Source: Wenzhouxiangella sp. (GTDB lineage Bacteria; Pseudomonadota; Gammaproteobacteria; Xanthomonadales; Wenzhouxiangellaceae). From it: DNA of 64,000 nucleotides. The notes beneath the pieces were generated by a model, which worked only from the letters and a program-made list of their open reading frames with translations, did no database searches and was not told the origin of the DNA. The translations under genes were made by a program, and so were the position numbers. The stretch spans positions 12,710 to 76,709 of the forward strand of contig JAVLCB010000002.1 in assembly GCA_031580925.1 (NCBI GenBank), read 5' to 3'. Below are positions 9,111 through 18,253 of the stretch, one piece after another. Within the stretch, counting starts at the first letter, position 1; each line of letters starts with the position of its first letter.

Positions 9111-9751
9111 TCCTCATGCCCCCACGGCGCAGGCGGTGCCTCGACCGGTTCGGTGAGGTCAAACTCAGCGCGGAAGTGTCGATTGGGGCGCGTCAGCCCA
9201 TACGCCAACCGACCCGATTCCACCGCCAGATACCAAATGTTGGTGACCGACACGTCGAGTCCTTCGGCAAAAAACAGCGATTGCGAGTAAGCGTCCACCG
9301 CAAAGGCTTGTCTGGAGGCGGTGCCGCCGTCTGTGGTTTGGCCACCGTACCAACTCACCGCGTCCAGGCTGCCATCGGCGTGTCGATGGACGTGCTTGAG
9401 CTCAAGGCCGTTGGCCAATTGTGTCAACACCCAAGTCCTGGAGCGATCATCGCCCACCACCAGCGGAATCTGGATCTGGTCATCGCTGCACTCGCGCACG
9501 TGGATGGTCATTGGCTGACCCACCCAATTGGCGTCTTCTGTGGGGTCATACACCGCCATTTCACCGGCAAAGGCCTGGCCACACAGCTCGCTCAACTGGC
9601 CCCAAAACGCACGCTGGGCGTCTTGGTGAAGCGCCGATTGAGCCGCCGCCCACGCCGGGACCAGCAAGGCGAGAGAAAAGACCATGACATTGACCGCCAT
9701 CAATGGGCGAACCAGTTGGGGAAAGCGCAACCAAGGGTGAGATTTGAGCAC
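9107..9751 (-). CDS. Conserved hypothetical secreted protein; start uncertain (9751 GTG or 9700 ATG)
   Basis: Signal-peptide-like segment ending AWAAA; globular region LCGQAFAG...MTIHVRECS...DDRSRTWVLT...LKHVHRHADG...YGG; ATGA overlap with the abgT start. Confidence 0.75.
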   Translation of the reverse strand: MLKSHPWLRFPQLVRPLMAVNVMVFSLALLVPAWAAAQSALHQDAQRAFWGQLSELCGQAFAGEMAVYDPTEDANWVGQPMTIHVRECSDDQIQIPLVVGDDRSRTWVLTQLANGLELKHVHRHADGSLDAVSWYGGQTTDGGTASRQAFAVDAYSQSLFFAEGLDVSVTNIWYLAVESGRLAYGLTRPNRHFRAEFDLTEPVEAPPAPWGHEE

Positions 9752-9879
9752 GAGACATCGCCTGTCAGAACAACCAATGCTGAAGATAGCACATGGGCTG
9801 ACTGCCCGTCATCTGTGGCCTTTATTCACCGTGGCGGGCGCCTTACGGTGCCACCACCCGACCAAGACGCCCTGGACCA

Positions 9880-10203
9880 TCAGCGTTTCGAGCGTGGTTT
9901 GTCGAGCGGCAGTTGTGTCACCTTTTCGCCGGCGTGGCCATCGCGAATCACACTCTGGCCGCGCTTTTTGACTTTTTCGATCCGGATGATCGCGTGCATC
10001 GGCACAGCGATCGATTCAACATCAGCAAACTCTTCTTTGAGGCGCTCTTCTGTTGGATCAACCACCAGTTCGTGGGAAGACTCGAACACAAAATCAGACA
10101 GCTCAACAAACCCATAAGAAAACTCAGCGCCACTCACCCGTTGGCAATACATCTCATAGACTTGGTCTTTGTTGTGAAAGATGACTTTATACACACACAC
10201 CAC
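9880..10203 (-). CDS. DUF1820 family protein
   Basis: YKVIFHNKDQVYEMY...GFVELSDFVF...VVDPTEERLKEEF...PMHAIIRI pattern. Confidence 0.85.
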   Translation of the reverse strand: MVCVYKVIFHNKDQVYEMYCQRVSGAEFSYGFVELSDFVFESSHELVVDPTEERLKEEFADVESIAVPMHAIIRIEKVKKRGQSVIRDGHAGEKVTQLPLDKPRSKR

Positions 10204-10253
10204 CTGCTGGTTTTGTTCTGATGTTTTATCTTGATGCTTTATTCATGACCGCT

Positions 10254-10910
10254 TCATCGAGTCCGACGTTGTTGCCGTGCCCACCGAGCCATCAGCCCGA
10301 GCACCACACCGCTGACGAAGCCAACCACATGCACGCTGCCAGCGACTTCTGGATAATTGGGGGCGTTGGCCAAAAAAATCAACTGCACCACCAGCCACGA
10401 TGCGATGATCAACCAGGTCGGCACCACCACAAACTGAGGCACCACACCCAAGGGCAACCACAACCCCATTTTGTCGGTGGGCTTGAGCACCAATGACAAG
10501 CCCAACAGCCCCGAGATGGCGCCACTGGCGCCAATCATGACCGCATCGACGGGCGCCCACCACAGCATGGGAAGCACCAGTGCCACGGTGCCCAACAACA
10601 CGGTTAAAACAATCAACCAAAGACCGCCAAGGACGCGCTCAACTTGAACACCAAAGACCAGAAAATACGCGCTGTTGCCCAACAGGTGCAAGGCATCGGC
10701 GTGGAAAAATTGCCCACAAAAGCCACCCAACAGCGTGGCTGTGAAGAATGACCCCGCGCTGGCATCACTCGAGTGCGCCACCGGCGCCAGTCCCCACTGG
10801 CTCAGCCAATGAAACCACCCCGCATCAAGGGCGTTGAATTCAGCCAGCGCAACCAGACACCAGACCGCCAACACCACGCCCACCCCCCAAGGCACCATCG
10901 AACCCCTCAC
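10254..10910 (-). CDS. Rhomboid family intramembrane serine protease
   Basis: HADALHLLGN, catalytic GASGAISG and HVVGFVSG; multiple TM helices; GTGA overlap with the exeB stop. Confidence 0.88.
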   Translation of the reverse strand: MRGSMVPWGVGVVLAVWCLVALAEFNALDAGWFHWLSQWGLAPVAHSSDASAGSFFTATLLGGFCGQFFHADALHLLGNSAYFLVFGVQVERVLGGLWLIVLTVLLGTVALVLPMLWWAPVDAVMIGASGAISGLLGLSLVLKPTDKMGLWLPLGVVPQFVVVPTWLIIASWLVVQLIFLANAPNYPEVAGSVHVVGFVSGVVLGLMARWARQQRRTR

Positions 10911-11788
10911 TGACTCAACAAGAACCGGTAATCGTCGAAATCAATCAACGCACCTTCGGGACGAATCTCAGCCACGCGCAACCGACCCGAACCAAACACC
11001 TCGCCTTGCTGCAACCGCCGACCGTTGATCAACACAAACCGGTTTTCGGGCACGGGGGCATAGACGTGGACATTCAGCGTCAGTGACGGCAGTGCCTCGC
11101 GAACCGACAGGGGCAACTCCCAATAGCGAAGATAGTTGGGCTGGTCGGGCGACCATGAGGCCTCATCTTGGCGGGCTGATCCATTGGTCTCTTCGGCCCC
11201 GCTATCGTCTTCGCGCGCTTGGGGCGTGTCGTCTTCACTGTCCAATTGCTCCGGCAGCGGGATCTCGGCCAACGCCTCGGCCACCTCGGCCCCTTCGCCG
11301 ACCACCGCCTCGGGCGGTTCAACAGCGGTGGCGTCATCATTGGCGGGCGCAGTGTTGGCGGACTCAACGTCAAGCGCTGCCTCATCGCCTGTCATCCCCC
11401 GATCGTCGGTCGATTCGGTGGTCGATTCGTCGGTTGATTCGGTCTGTTCGGGTGCCACCGCAGCCGACCGTGGTGGCGCTTCAACCGTTGATTGCCCTGG
11501 CGCCGGCTCAATGGCTTCGCCACCGGGCGTGGATTCAACGGCTGGGCCTGCCTGGGGCTGTGGGCGGCTGGGTTCGGTGGTGCGGTCGGGTCGAGTCACA
11601 AGCCAGCCGGCCCACGCTGAGGCGAGCACAGCCACGGTCACACTCGCAACCAGCGCCCAGCGAAGACCGGCCGGTGTGGGGGTTGGGCGCGCGGGCTTGC
11701 CCTGGGGCATGGCGGCGTGCAGCGTGGGCTGCTCGCCCGCGCGGCGCTTGGCGTCTGATTTTTTTAAAGCATCCAAAATAAACGACAC
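10907..11788 (-). CDS. exeB: General secretion pathway protein B (ExeB/GspB)
   Basis: N-terminal SFILDALKKSD, single TM, acidic low-complexity linker, C-terminal LNVHVYAPVPENRFVLINGRRLQQG; follows exeA. Confidence 0.85.
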   Translation of the reverse strand: MSFILDALKKSDAKRRAGEQPTLHAAMPQGKPARPTPTPAGLRWALVASVTVAVLASAWAGWLVTRPDRTTEPSRPQPQAGPAVESTPGGEAIEPAPGQSTVEAPPRSAAVAPEQTESTDESTTESTDDRGMTGDEAALDVESANTAPANDDATAVEPPEAVVGEGAEVAEALAEIPLPEQLDSEDDTPQAREDDSGAEETNGSARQDEASWSPDQPNYLRYWELPLSVREALPSLTLNVHVYAPVPENRFVLINGRRLQQGEVFGSGRLRVAEIRPEGALIDFDDYRFLLSQ

Positions 11789-11790
11789 GT

Positions 11791-13359
11791 CTAGCCTCGA
11801 TCCGTTGATTCAGTCTGCATAAGCTTGGGTGCTTTGGCTTCAATCTGGGGGTGGCCCAGATACAACCGCGTCACCGAGCCAATGATGCCATCGCTGTTGA
11901 TGCCCCGGCGGCGTTGGAATGCCCGCACCCAATCATCGAACGGGGCATCAAACTCAGGCGCTTGGTTGCCCCTCCACGGGCGGTCGTCTTGTTCGGCGGC
12001 CAGGGCTTTGTAGTCGCTGATCACCGGGTCGGTGCTGCCCAGCGACAGCCGCTCATCAGAATCGGGCCAGACCACCGCAAAGCGCCCCGTCCATAACCTG
12101 GCCAGTCGATTGAGCGCGACCGCGTATTGCTGACCACGGTGTTGGATGGTCGCTTGGGTGTCGTCCAATCCAACCAACACCACGTGCGCCTCAGGCGCCC
12201 CCACCAATTGCAACACCACCGGCATATTCAGCCGCCGGATGTCACCCCAATGGCCGTCAACCAGCAAACAGGCGGTGTCGGCCCGAACCGCCCCGGTGGG
12301 GTTTTCACAAGCGGCCTCGATGCCCGCCGCATCGAGCGCGCGCCACACCGCCGCGAGCTCTTGCCATGCCGCCACTGCCGGGCTCGACAGCACCGCTTGT
12401 TGCCACATCGGCTGCGGTTGATCGGGGTCGGTGCCTTGGGTGCGCGCAATCAACCCCGCCAACCCCAGCCCAAAGACCATCAGCAACACCACCGCCCCCA
12501 CCGCCAACGCCCCCCGCAAAGGTGAACTGCCTGACATGGCCCCCTCGCCGGCGACCTCTTGGGCGGCTTGGTGAACAAGACCGGCATCAATGTGTGACGC
12601 GTCGGTGGAGTAACCGGCCAGCAAAGCTCGATCGGCGATGATGTTGATCAGTCGAGGCACCCCGTCGGCGTGGTCGTGGATGGCGTTGATCGCGTCGTCT
12701 TGGAACGGGCAATGCTCGGCGCCGGCCACGCTGAGTCGGTGGCGGATGTATTGATGGGTCTCGTCTGCGGTCAAAGGGTCCAAGTGGTAGCGCGCCGTGA
12801 TGCGCTGGGCGAGTTGCCGCAGGTGTCTTTTTTTCAGGACCTCACGCAACTCAGGCTGGCCAATCAAAATGATTTGTAAAAGCTTATCGGTGGCGGTTTC
12901 TAAGTTGGTCAACAAACGAACCTGCTCCAACGCATCGCGACTCAAGTTCTGGGCCTCGTCGATGATCAACACCACGCGCTCACCGTCGGCGTGCGCTTGC
13001 AACAAATACCGGTTGAGTGCGCCGTGGATTTTTAAGATGCCCTGCCCGGCTTCGGCGGTGTAGTCCACCTCAAGCTCATCGCAAATGGCCTCAAGAAGCT
13101 CGCGCGGGCCGAGCATCGGGTTGAGGATCAAAGCGATGCGCGTTTTTTCGGGGGCTTGCTCCAGTGCCAGCCGACACAAGGTGGTCTTGCCGGTGCCGAC
13201 CTCGCCTGTGAGCTGCACAAACCCACCCTGCCCACCGGTGCCAAAGCCATACAAAAGATGCGCCAGCGCGTCTTGATGGCGCGGACTCAAATAGACAAAC
13301 CGAGGATCCGGTGTGATTGAAAACGGTCGTTGCGTGAGCTGATAGAACGCTTCGTACAT
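11791..13359 (-). CDS. exeA: General secretion pathway protein A (ExeA/GspA AAA ATPase with peptidoglycan-binding domain)
   Basis: MYEAFYQL..RPFSITPDPRF, Walker A GEVGTGKT, Walker B IIDEAQN, GVPRLIN, TM, C-terminal VRAFQRRRGINSDGIIG. Confidence 0.92.
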   Translation of the reverse strand: MYEAFYQLTQRPFSITPDPRFVYLSPRHQDALAHLLYGFGTGGQGGFVQLTGEVGTGKTTLCRLALEQAPEKTRIALILNPMLGPRELLEAICDELEVDYTAEAGQGILKIHGALNRYLLQAHADGERVVLIIDEAQNLSRDALEQVRLLTNLETATDKLLQIILIGQPELREVLKKRHLRQLAQRITARYHLDPLTADETHQYIRHRLSVAGAEHCPFQDDAINAIHDHADGVPRLINIIADRALLAGYSTDASHIDAGLVHQAAQEVAGEGAMSGSSPLRGALAVGAVVLLMVFGLGLAGLIARTQGTDPDQPQPMWQQAVLSSPAVAAWQELAAVWRALDAAGIEAACENPTGAVRADTACLLVDGHWGDIRRLNMPVVLQLVGAPEAHVVLVGLDDTQATIQHRGQQYAVALNRLARLWTGRFAVVWPDSDERLSLGSTDPVISDYKALAAEQDDRPWRGNQAPEFDAPFDDWVRAFQRRRGINSDGIIGSVTRLYLGHPQIEAKAPKLMQTESTDRG

Positions 13360-16300
13360 CTACTCATCCGACAACGCCAGCAGCGAGGCGTTGCCCCCCA
13401 CGGCGGCTGTGTTGGTGGTGCGAACCCGCTCGGCGGCAAAACGGTACAGATAGTTGGGGCCGCCGGCTTTTGGACCGGTGCCCGACAAACCCTCACCCCC
13501 GAACGGCTGCACACCCACCACCGCACCGGTCATGTTGCGGTTGACATAGCAATTGCCCACATGGACCCGGCGGGCAATGTGGTCTTGCGTGAGATCAATG
13601 CGGCTGTGGATGCCCAGCGTTAACCCGTAGCCGGTGGCGTTGATCTGGTCGATCAATGAATCCAAATCCTTGGCGCGGTATTTCACAATGTGCAGCACCG
13701 GCCCGAAAATCTCCTCACCCAACGCGGCCACCGAATCGATCAAAAAAGCCCTGGGCGCGAACCAGTGCCCCGGTGGCAAATCATCAGGCATCGGGGCTTG
13801 GGCCACACACTGCCCGCTTGAGTCCAACCGCGTCGCGTGCGCTTGAAGCATCGACAGCTGATCGGCGTCAATGATCGGACCCAAATCACTGGTCAGCTCG
13901 TGGGGTGGGCCGATTTGGAGTTCGGCCATCGCGCCTTGCAGCATCTCGATCATGCCCTCGGCGATGTCGTCTTGCAAACACAATACGCGAAGCGCCGAGC
14001 AGCGTTGCCCCGCGCTCAAAAAAGCCGAGGCGATGACATCGTCAATCACTTGCTCAGGCAGCGCCGATGAGTCGACAATCATCGCGTTTTGGCCACCGGT
14101 TTCTGCAATCAAAGTCGCCAGTGGCGCGCTTGGGCGCTCCAACAGACTCCGAGCAATCGAGCGCGCGGTTGCGGTCGAGCCGGTAAACGCCACACCGCTC
14201 ACCGCACCGTGCTCGGTCAGCGCTTGGCCCATCGCGCCATCACCCGGGACGCCATGGAGCACCCCCTGGGGCACGCCCGAGGCGTGGAACAACTCAACCG
14301 CGCGCGTGGCGGTCAGCGTCGTCTGTTCGGCGGGTTTGGCCACCACGGCGTTGCCAGTGACCAACGCCGCCGCCACTTGACCCACAAAGATGGCCAGCGG
14401 GAAGTTCCACGGGCTGATGCACACAAAAAGCCCCCGCCCGCGGTATTCGAGCGCGTTGTGCTCGCCCGTTGGCCCGGGAAGCTCAATCGGGGTGGCCATC
14501 CCCGAACGGGCCTCGGCGGCGTAGTACCGACAAAAATCAGCCGCCTCGCGGACCTCGGCGATGCCATCGCGCAAGGTCTTGCCCGCCTCTTGCGCGCACA
14601 GCACAATGAATTCGTTGCGGTGGTCTTCCAACGCATCGGCCATCTGATCCAAACACTGGGCGCGGTGCTCGACACCGGCCTCATCCCAGGCCACCTGAGC
14701 GCTGAGCGCAGCCTCAATAATCCGGCCCGCCTGGGCTGGGTCGACCCCATCCACCTCACCGACCAGCCGATCGGTATCACCAGGCGCGCGGACTGACACC
14801 CGCGCGGGGGATGCGGGCAATTCAACACTGCCCCGATACCCGCCCGACCAGTGGTGCTGTGCCCACTCGGCCCAGGCCTTGGCCAGCGCTTCGCGCTCGC
14901 TCAACTGCGCGAAGTTGATGCCTTGGGAGTTCTTGCGGTGGGCGCCATACATGTCGACCGGCAAGGGAATCTTGGGGTGCGGGGTCGCGCCGGTGGCTTT
15001 CAGCGCAGCCACCGGGTCACCGACCACGTCTTGTACTGAGATCTTGGCATCAACGACTTGGTTGACAAACGACGTGTTGGCGCCGTTTTCAAGCAAACGG
15101 CGCACCAGATAAGGCAAGAGGTCTTTGTGCGCACCGACCGGCGCATAGACGCGGGTGGCATTGACATAATCGGCGTTGTCCAACACCTCATCGTACAGCT
15201 CCACCCCCATGCCGTGCAGGCGCTGGTATTCATAGCCCTCCAAGCGTGACGCGAACGCCTGAATGGCGGCGATGGTGTGGGCGTTGTGGGTGGCAAACTG
15301 GGGATAGAACTGCTCGGGCGATTGCAGCAGCTTATGGGCACACGCCAGATACGACACGTCGGTGGCCGCTTTGCGGGTGAACACGGGGTACCCATCCAAC
15401 CCCTCCACTTGAGCAAACTTCACCTCGGTGTCCCAATAGGCGCCCTTGACCAGGCGAATGGGGATGCAGTGGCCTGTCTGTTCTGCCAGCGCTTTGAGGT
15501 GATCGATCACGAAGATGGCCCGCTTTTGGTAGGCCTGCAGCGCCAAGCCCAGCCCGTTCCATCCGGCCAGGGCATCGTCTAACAGCAAGGCTTTGAACAC
15601 CGCCAACGACAGCGCCAAACGCTCGGCTTCTTCGGCATCGAGCGTCAACGCCACGTCATGCGAGCGGGCAAGCTTGGCCAGCTCCAGCACCTTGGGCGTG
15701 AGCTCTGCCAGCACACGCGGCGTTTGATCAGGGTGGTAGCGTGGGTGCAAGGCCGACAGTTTGATGCTGATGCTGGGCGCTTCGATGACACTGCCCCGAT
15801 CGGCACGGTCGGCTGCGCGCGCGCCACCCAGGGCGACGATGGCATCGGCATACGAGCGGGCGTAGCGGTCGGCATCGGCTTGGGTCAATGCCGCCTCACC
15901 CAACATATCAAAAGAGTAGCGGTAGGCGCGGTTGGCTTTTTTGCGCGAGCGGTTCAGTGCCTGTTCGATGGTCTCGCCCATCACGTACTGGTGGCCCATG
16001 ATCTTCATGGCCTGACGAATCGCTGTGCGAATCACAGGCTCGCCAGAGCGCGCCACCAACCGGCCCAGGGTGTGGCTCAGGCTGCTTTGCTTGGCTTGCC
16101 CCAAACGCACGACTTTGCCCGTCAGCATCAGACTCCACGTCGAGGCGTTGACAAACACCGACTCGCTTTGCCCAAGGTGGGTCTCCCAATGGGCATCGGC
16201 CAACTTGTCTGCGATCAAACGCTCGGCCGTGGCGGCATCGGGGATGCGCAGCAACGCCTCGGCCAGACACATCAAAATAACCCCCTCTTCCGAGGACAGG

Positions 16301-16539
16301 TCGTATTGGCGCATGAACGCTTCCATCGCACCGGCGTCTCGCGAGCGCTCGCGCACGCGCTCAACCAGCTCGATGGCTCGAGCCTGGATGGCAGACCAGT
16401 CGGGGCGCGCCTGGTCGAGATAACCCAGCAGCATTTCATTGTGCGCGGTCTCATCGCAGGCGTAGGCGGCATCGATCGCTTGGCTGGTGCGAAGGTCGTC
16501 TATCGCGACATGGTGTTGACTTGTCTGAGGCATACTCAT
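13360..16539 (-). CDS. putA: Bifunctional proline dehydrogenase / L-glutamate gamma-semialdehyde dehydrogenase PutA (no N-terminal RHH DNA-binding domain evident)
   Basis: SFDMLGEAA, RLVKGAYWD, FATHNAHT, RRLLENGANTSF, ETGGQNA, SAGQRCSALR, GTGPKAGGP; 1059 aa. Confidence 0.97.
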   Translation of the reverse strand: MSMPQTSQHHVAIDDLRTSQAIDAAYACDETAHNEMLLGYLDQARPDWSAIQARAIELVERVRERSRDAGAMEAFMRQYDLSSEEGVILMCLAEALLRIPDAATAERLIADKLADAHWETHLGQSESVFVNASTWSLMLTGKVVRLGQAKQSSLSHTLGRLVARSGEPVIRTAIRQAMKIMGHQYVMGETIEQALNRSRKKANRAYRYSFDMLGEAALTQADADRYARSYADAIVALGGARAADRADRGSVIEAPSISIKLSALHPRYHPDQTPRVLAELTPKVLELAKLARSHDVALTLDAEEAERLALSLAVFKALLLDDALAGWNGLGLALQAYQKRAIFVIDHLKALAEQTGHCIPIRLVKGAYWDTEVKFAQVEGLDGYPVFTRKAATDVSYLACAHKLLQSPEQFYPQFATHNAHTIAAIQAFASRLEGYEYQRLHGMGVELYDEVLDNADYVNATRVYAPVGAHKDLLPYLVRRLLENGANTSFVNQVVDAKISVQDVVGDPVAALKATGATPHPKIPLPVDMYGAHRKNSQGINFAQLSEREALAKAWAEWAQHHWSGGYRGSVELPASPARVSVRAPGDTDRLVGEVDGVDPAQAGRIIEAALSAQVAWDEAGVEHRAQCLDQMADALEDHRNEFIVLCAQEAGKTLRDGIAEVREAADFCRYYAAEARSGMATPIELPGPTGEHNALEYRGRGLFVCISPWNFPLAIFVGQVAAALVTGNAVVAKPAEQTTLTATRAVELFHASGVPQGVLHGVPGDGAMGQALTEHGAVSGVAFTGSTATARSIARSLLERPSAPLATLIAETGGQNAMIVDSSALPEQVIDDVIASAFLSAGQRCSALRVLCLQDDIAEGMIEMLQGAMAELQIGPPHELTSDLGPIIDADQLSMLQAHATRLDSSGQCVAQAPMPDDLPPGHWFAPRAFLIDSVAALGEEIFGPVLHIVKYRAKDLDSLIDQINATGYGLTLGIHSRIDLTQDHIARRVHVGNCYVNRNMTGAVVGVQPFGGEGLSGTGPKAGGPNYLYRFAAERVRTTNTAAVGGNASLLALSDE

Positions 16540-16812
16540 GAGGTCCTAATCGTTCGGTGGCGCGGTGGTGACGAGCCCATGGTCAGTTGGTGGCCAGTGA
16601 GTGACCAGTTGGCGGTCCGTGACTGGCCGTTGTCGCTCCCGCTCAATGCCGAAAGTGTAACCGATGAGGCTGGCCGAAAGGACAGTGGACCGCGCCGACG
16701 CGCCGGTCCAAATGCCTCACTGGCAGCCGGGTGAGCCCAGCGGATGTTTTGGCTAAAATATAAGCCTTCGTTGGATTTTGACTTGTTCTTTTTTTTAATG
16801 GGGTGACTTTGC

Positions 16813-17331
16813 ATGATCAAGACCCGCCACAACACCGACAGCGAAGACGAGCTCACCATTGAGCTTTATTCGAACCTGTCGATGTCTTTGGACCGCTTTT
16901 TTGCGGTGTTTTTGGTCATCAGCGCCGTCACCCTGTTGATTTCGATTTATCCCCTCGCGTTGGGCTTGTGGCCGGTGATGGTGATTTCCCTGATTCACAT
17001 CGTCTTGGTGGGCCTGTGTTTTCGTTCGGCCTGGCGGGGCAATTGGGTGCGTGAAATCATCCATTTTGACGCCGAAACCGTTACAATAAGGCACTTGGCA
17101 GCCAGCAAGTCTTGGCGCGTCCAGTGGCCCGTGACCTGGCTTCGCCTGGCCCGCAGCGCTGACAGACAAGGACGCGTTCGACTGTATCTGGGCCAACACG
17201 GGCAAAAGCAAGAAATTGGTGGGTTTTTACCCTCACACGAACGAGACGAACTGAGTGGGTTAATCAAAACCGCATTGACACAACGCACCGGGTGGGTCTC
17301 TCAAGTCAACCAAGAGATGGCAGGCACATGA
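16813..17331 (+). CDS. DUF2244 family membrane protein
   Basis: Two N-terminal TMs (GLWPV motif), ...EIGGFLPSHERDEL C-terminus; ATGA overlap with coxB. Confidence 0.75.
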   Translation: MIKTRHNTDSEDELTIELYSNLSMSLDRFFAVFLVISAVTLLISIYPLALGLWPVMVISLIHIVLVGLCFRSAWRGNWVREIIHFDAETVTIRHLAASKSWRVQWPVTWLRLARSADRQGRVRLYLGQHGQKQEIGGFLPSHERDELSGLIKTALTQRTGWVSQVNQEMAGT

Positions 17332-18155
17332 AAAAGCTCAATGAATGGATTGTCGGGGTGGCCACGTTGGCCGTGATTGTTGCGATCACCTGGGGCATCT
17401 TCGCCGTCGGCGACAACATGCGACCTGGGGTGACCCCCTTTAGCCAAGACGTCTATCAGCTGCACAACACCGTCATGGGCGTGGTGACCGTCATTGGCGT
17501 GTTGGTGTTCACCGCCATGTTCACCTCAGTTGTGTTGCACCGGCGCGCCCGCCACCCCGATGCCGCCAAGTTCTCGCACTCGACCAAAGCCGAGATCATC
17601 TGGACGGCCATCCCCGTGCTCATTTTGGTGGTGATCGCCATCCCAGCCACCCAAGTGCTGATCGACATGGAAGACACCGGAGACGCCGAACTGAACATCA
17701 AAGTCACCGGCTATCAATGGCTTTGGAAGTACGACTATCTCGAAGACGACATCAGCTTCTACTCCTCGCTGGATCGAGACAGCAACCGCGCCCGCCAGAT
17801 TGGTTCGGACTTGGCACCGCAAGACGTTGACAACTATCTGTTGGAAGTCAACAAGCCGCTGGTGGTGCCGGTGGACACCAAGATTCGTGTCTTGCTGACG
17901 GCCGATGATGTCATCCACTCGTGGTGGGTGCCCGATTTGGGTTGGAAGCGCGATGCCGTGCCCGGCATGGTCAATGAGGCTTGGACGCTGATCGAGGAAG
18001 AAGGCACCTACCGCGGCCAGTGCGCTGAACTGTGCGGCAAAGACCATGGGTTCATGCCCATCGTGGTCGAAGCGGTCTCCAAAGAAGATTACGCCGAGTG
18101 GGTGGCCACCCAACAAGGAACAACCACCGCAAGCATGGGCGCGGCCACGCCGTAA
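17328..18155 (+). CDS. coxB: Cytochrome c oxidase subunit II (CuA)
   Basis: EIIWTAIP, KVTGYQWLWKYDY, DVIHSWWVP, CuA motif CAELCGKDHGFMP. Start set at ATG 17328. Confidence 0.96.
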   Translation: MKKLNEWIVGVATLAVIVAITWGIFAVGDNMRPGVTPFSQDVYQLHNTVMGVVTVIGVLVFTAMFTSVVLHRRARHPDAAKFSHSTKAEIIWTAIPVLILVVIAIPATQVLIDMEDTGDAELNIKVTGYQWLWKYDYLEDDISFYSSLDRDSNRARQIGSDLAPQDVDNYLLEVNKPLVVPVDTKIRVLLTADDVIHSWWVPDLGWKRDAVPGMVNEAWTLIEEEGTYRGQCAELCGKDHGFMPIVVEAVSKEDYAEWVATQQGTTTASMGAATP

Positions 18156-18163
18156 CGGCGCAC

Positions 18164-18196
18164 AGACAAGAAATAGACAAGAAATAGACAAGAAAT
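18164..18196. repeat. 11-bp tandem repeat AGACAAGAAAT x3 in the coxB-coxA spacer
   Basis: Three perfect copies at 18164, 18175 and 18186. Confidence 0.95.
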
Positions 18197-18253
18197 AAAG
18201 AATCACCCTTTGACTTTTGATGACTTTAACGACTTAGAAAAAGGTAACGCATC

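Noticed and set aside
10191-10200. (AC)5 microsatellite at the DUF1820 start
   Set aside because: Too short to imply phase variation.
10254-10910. Rhombosortase assignment for the rhomboid
   Set aside because: The catalytic motif is GASGAISG rather than the GLSG type, and no GlyGly-CTERM substrate is seen in the window.
16661-16690. Hammerhead-like CCGATGAG...GAAA
   Set aside because: Core is CCGA rather than CUGA, and there is no GAAA after stem II.
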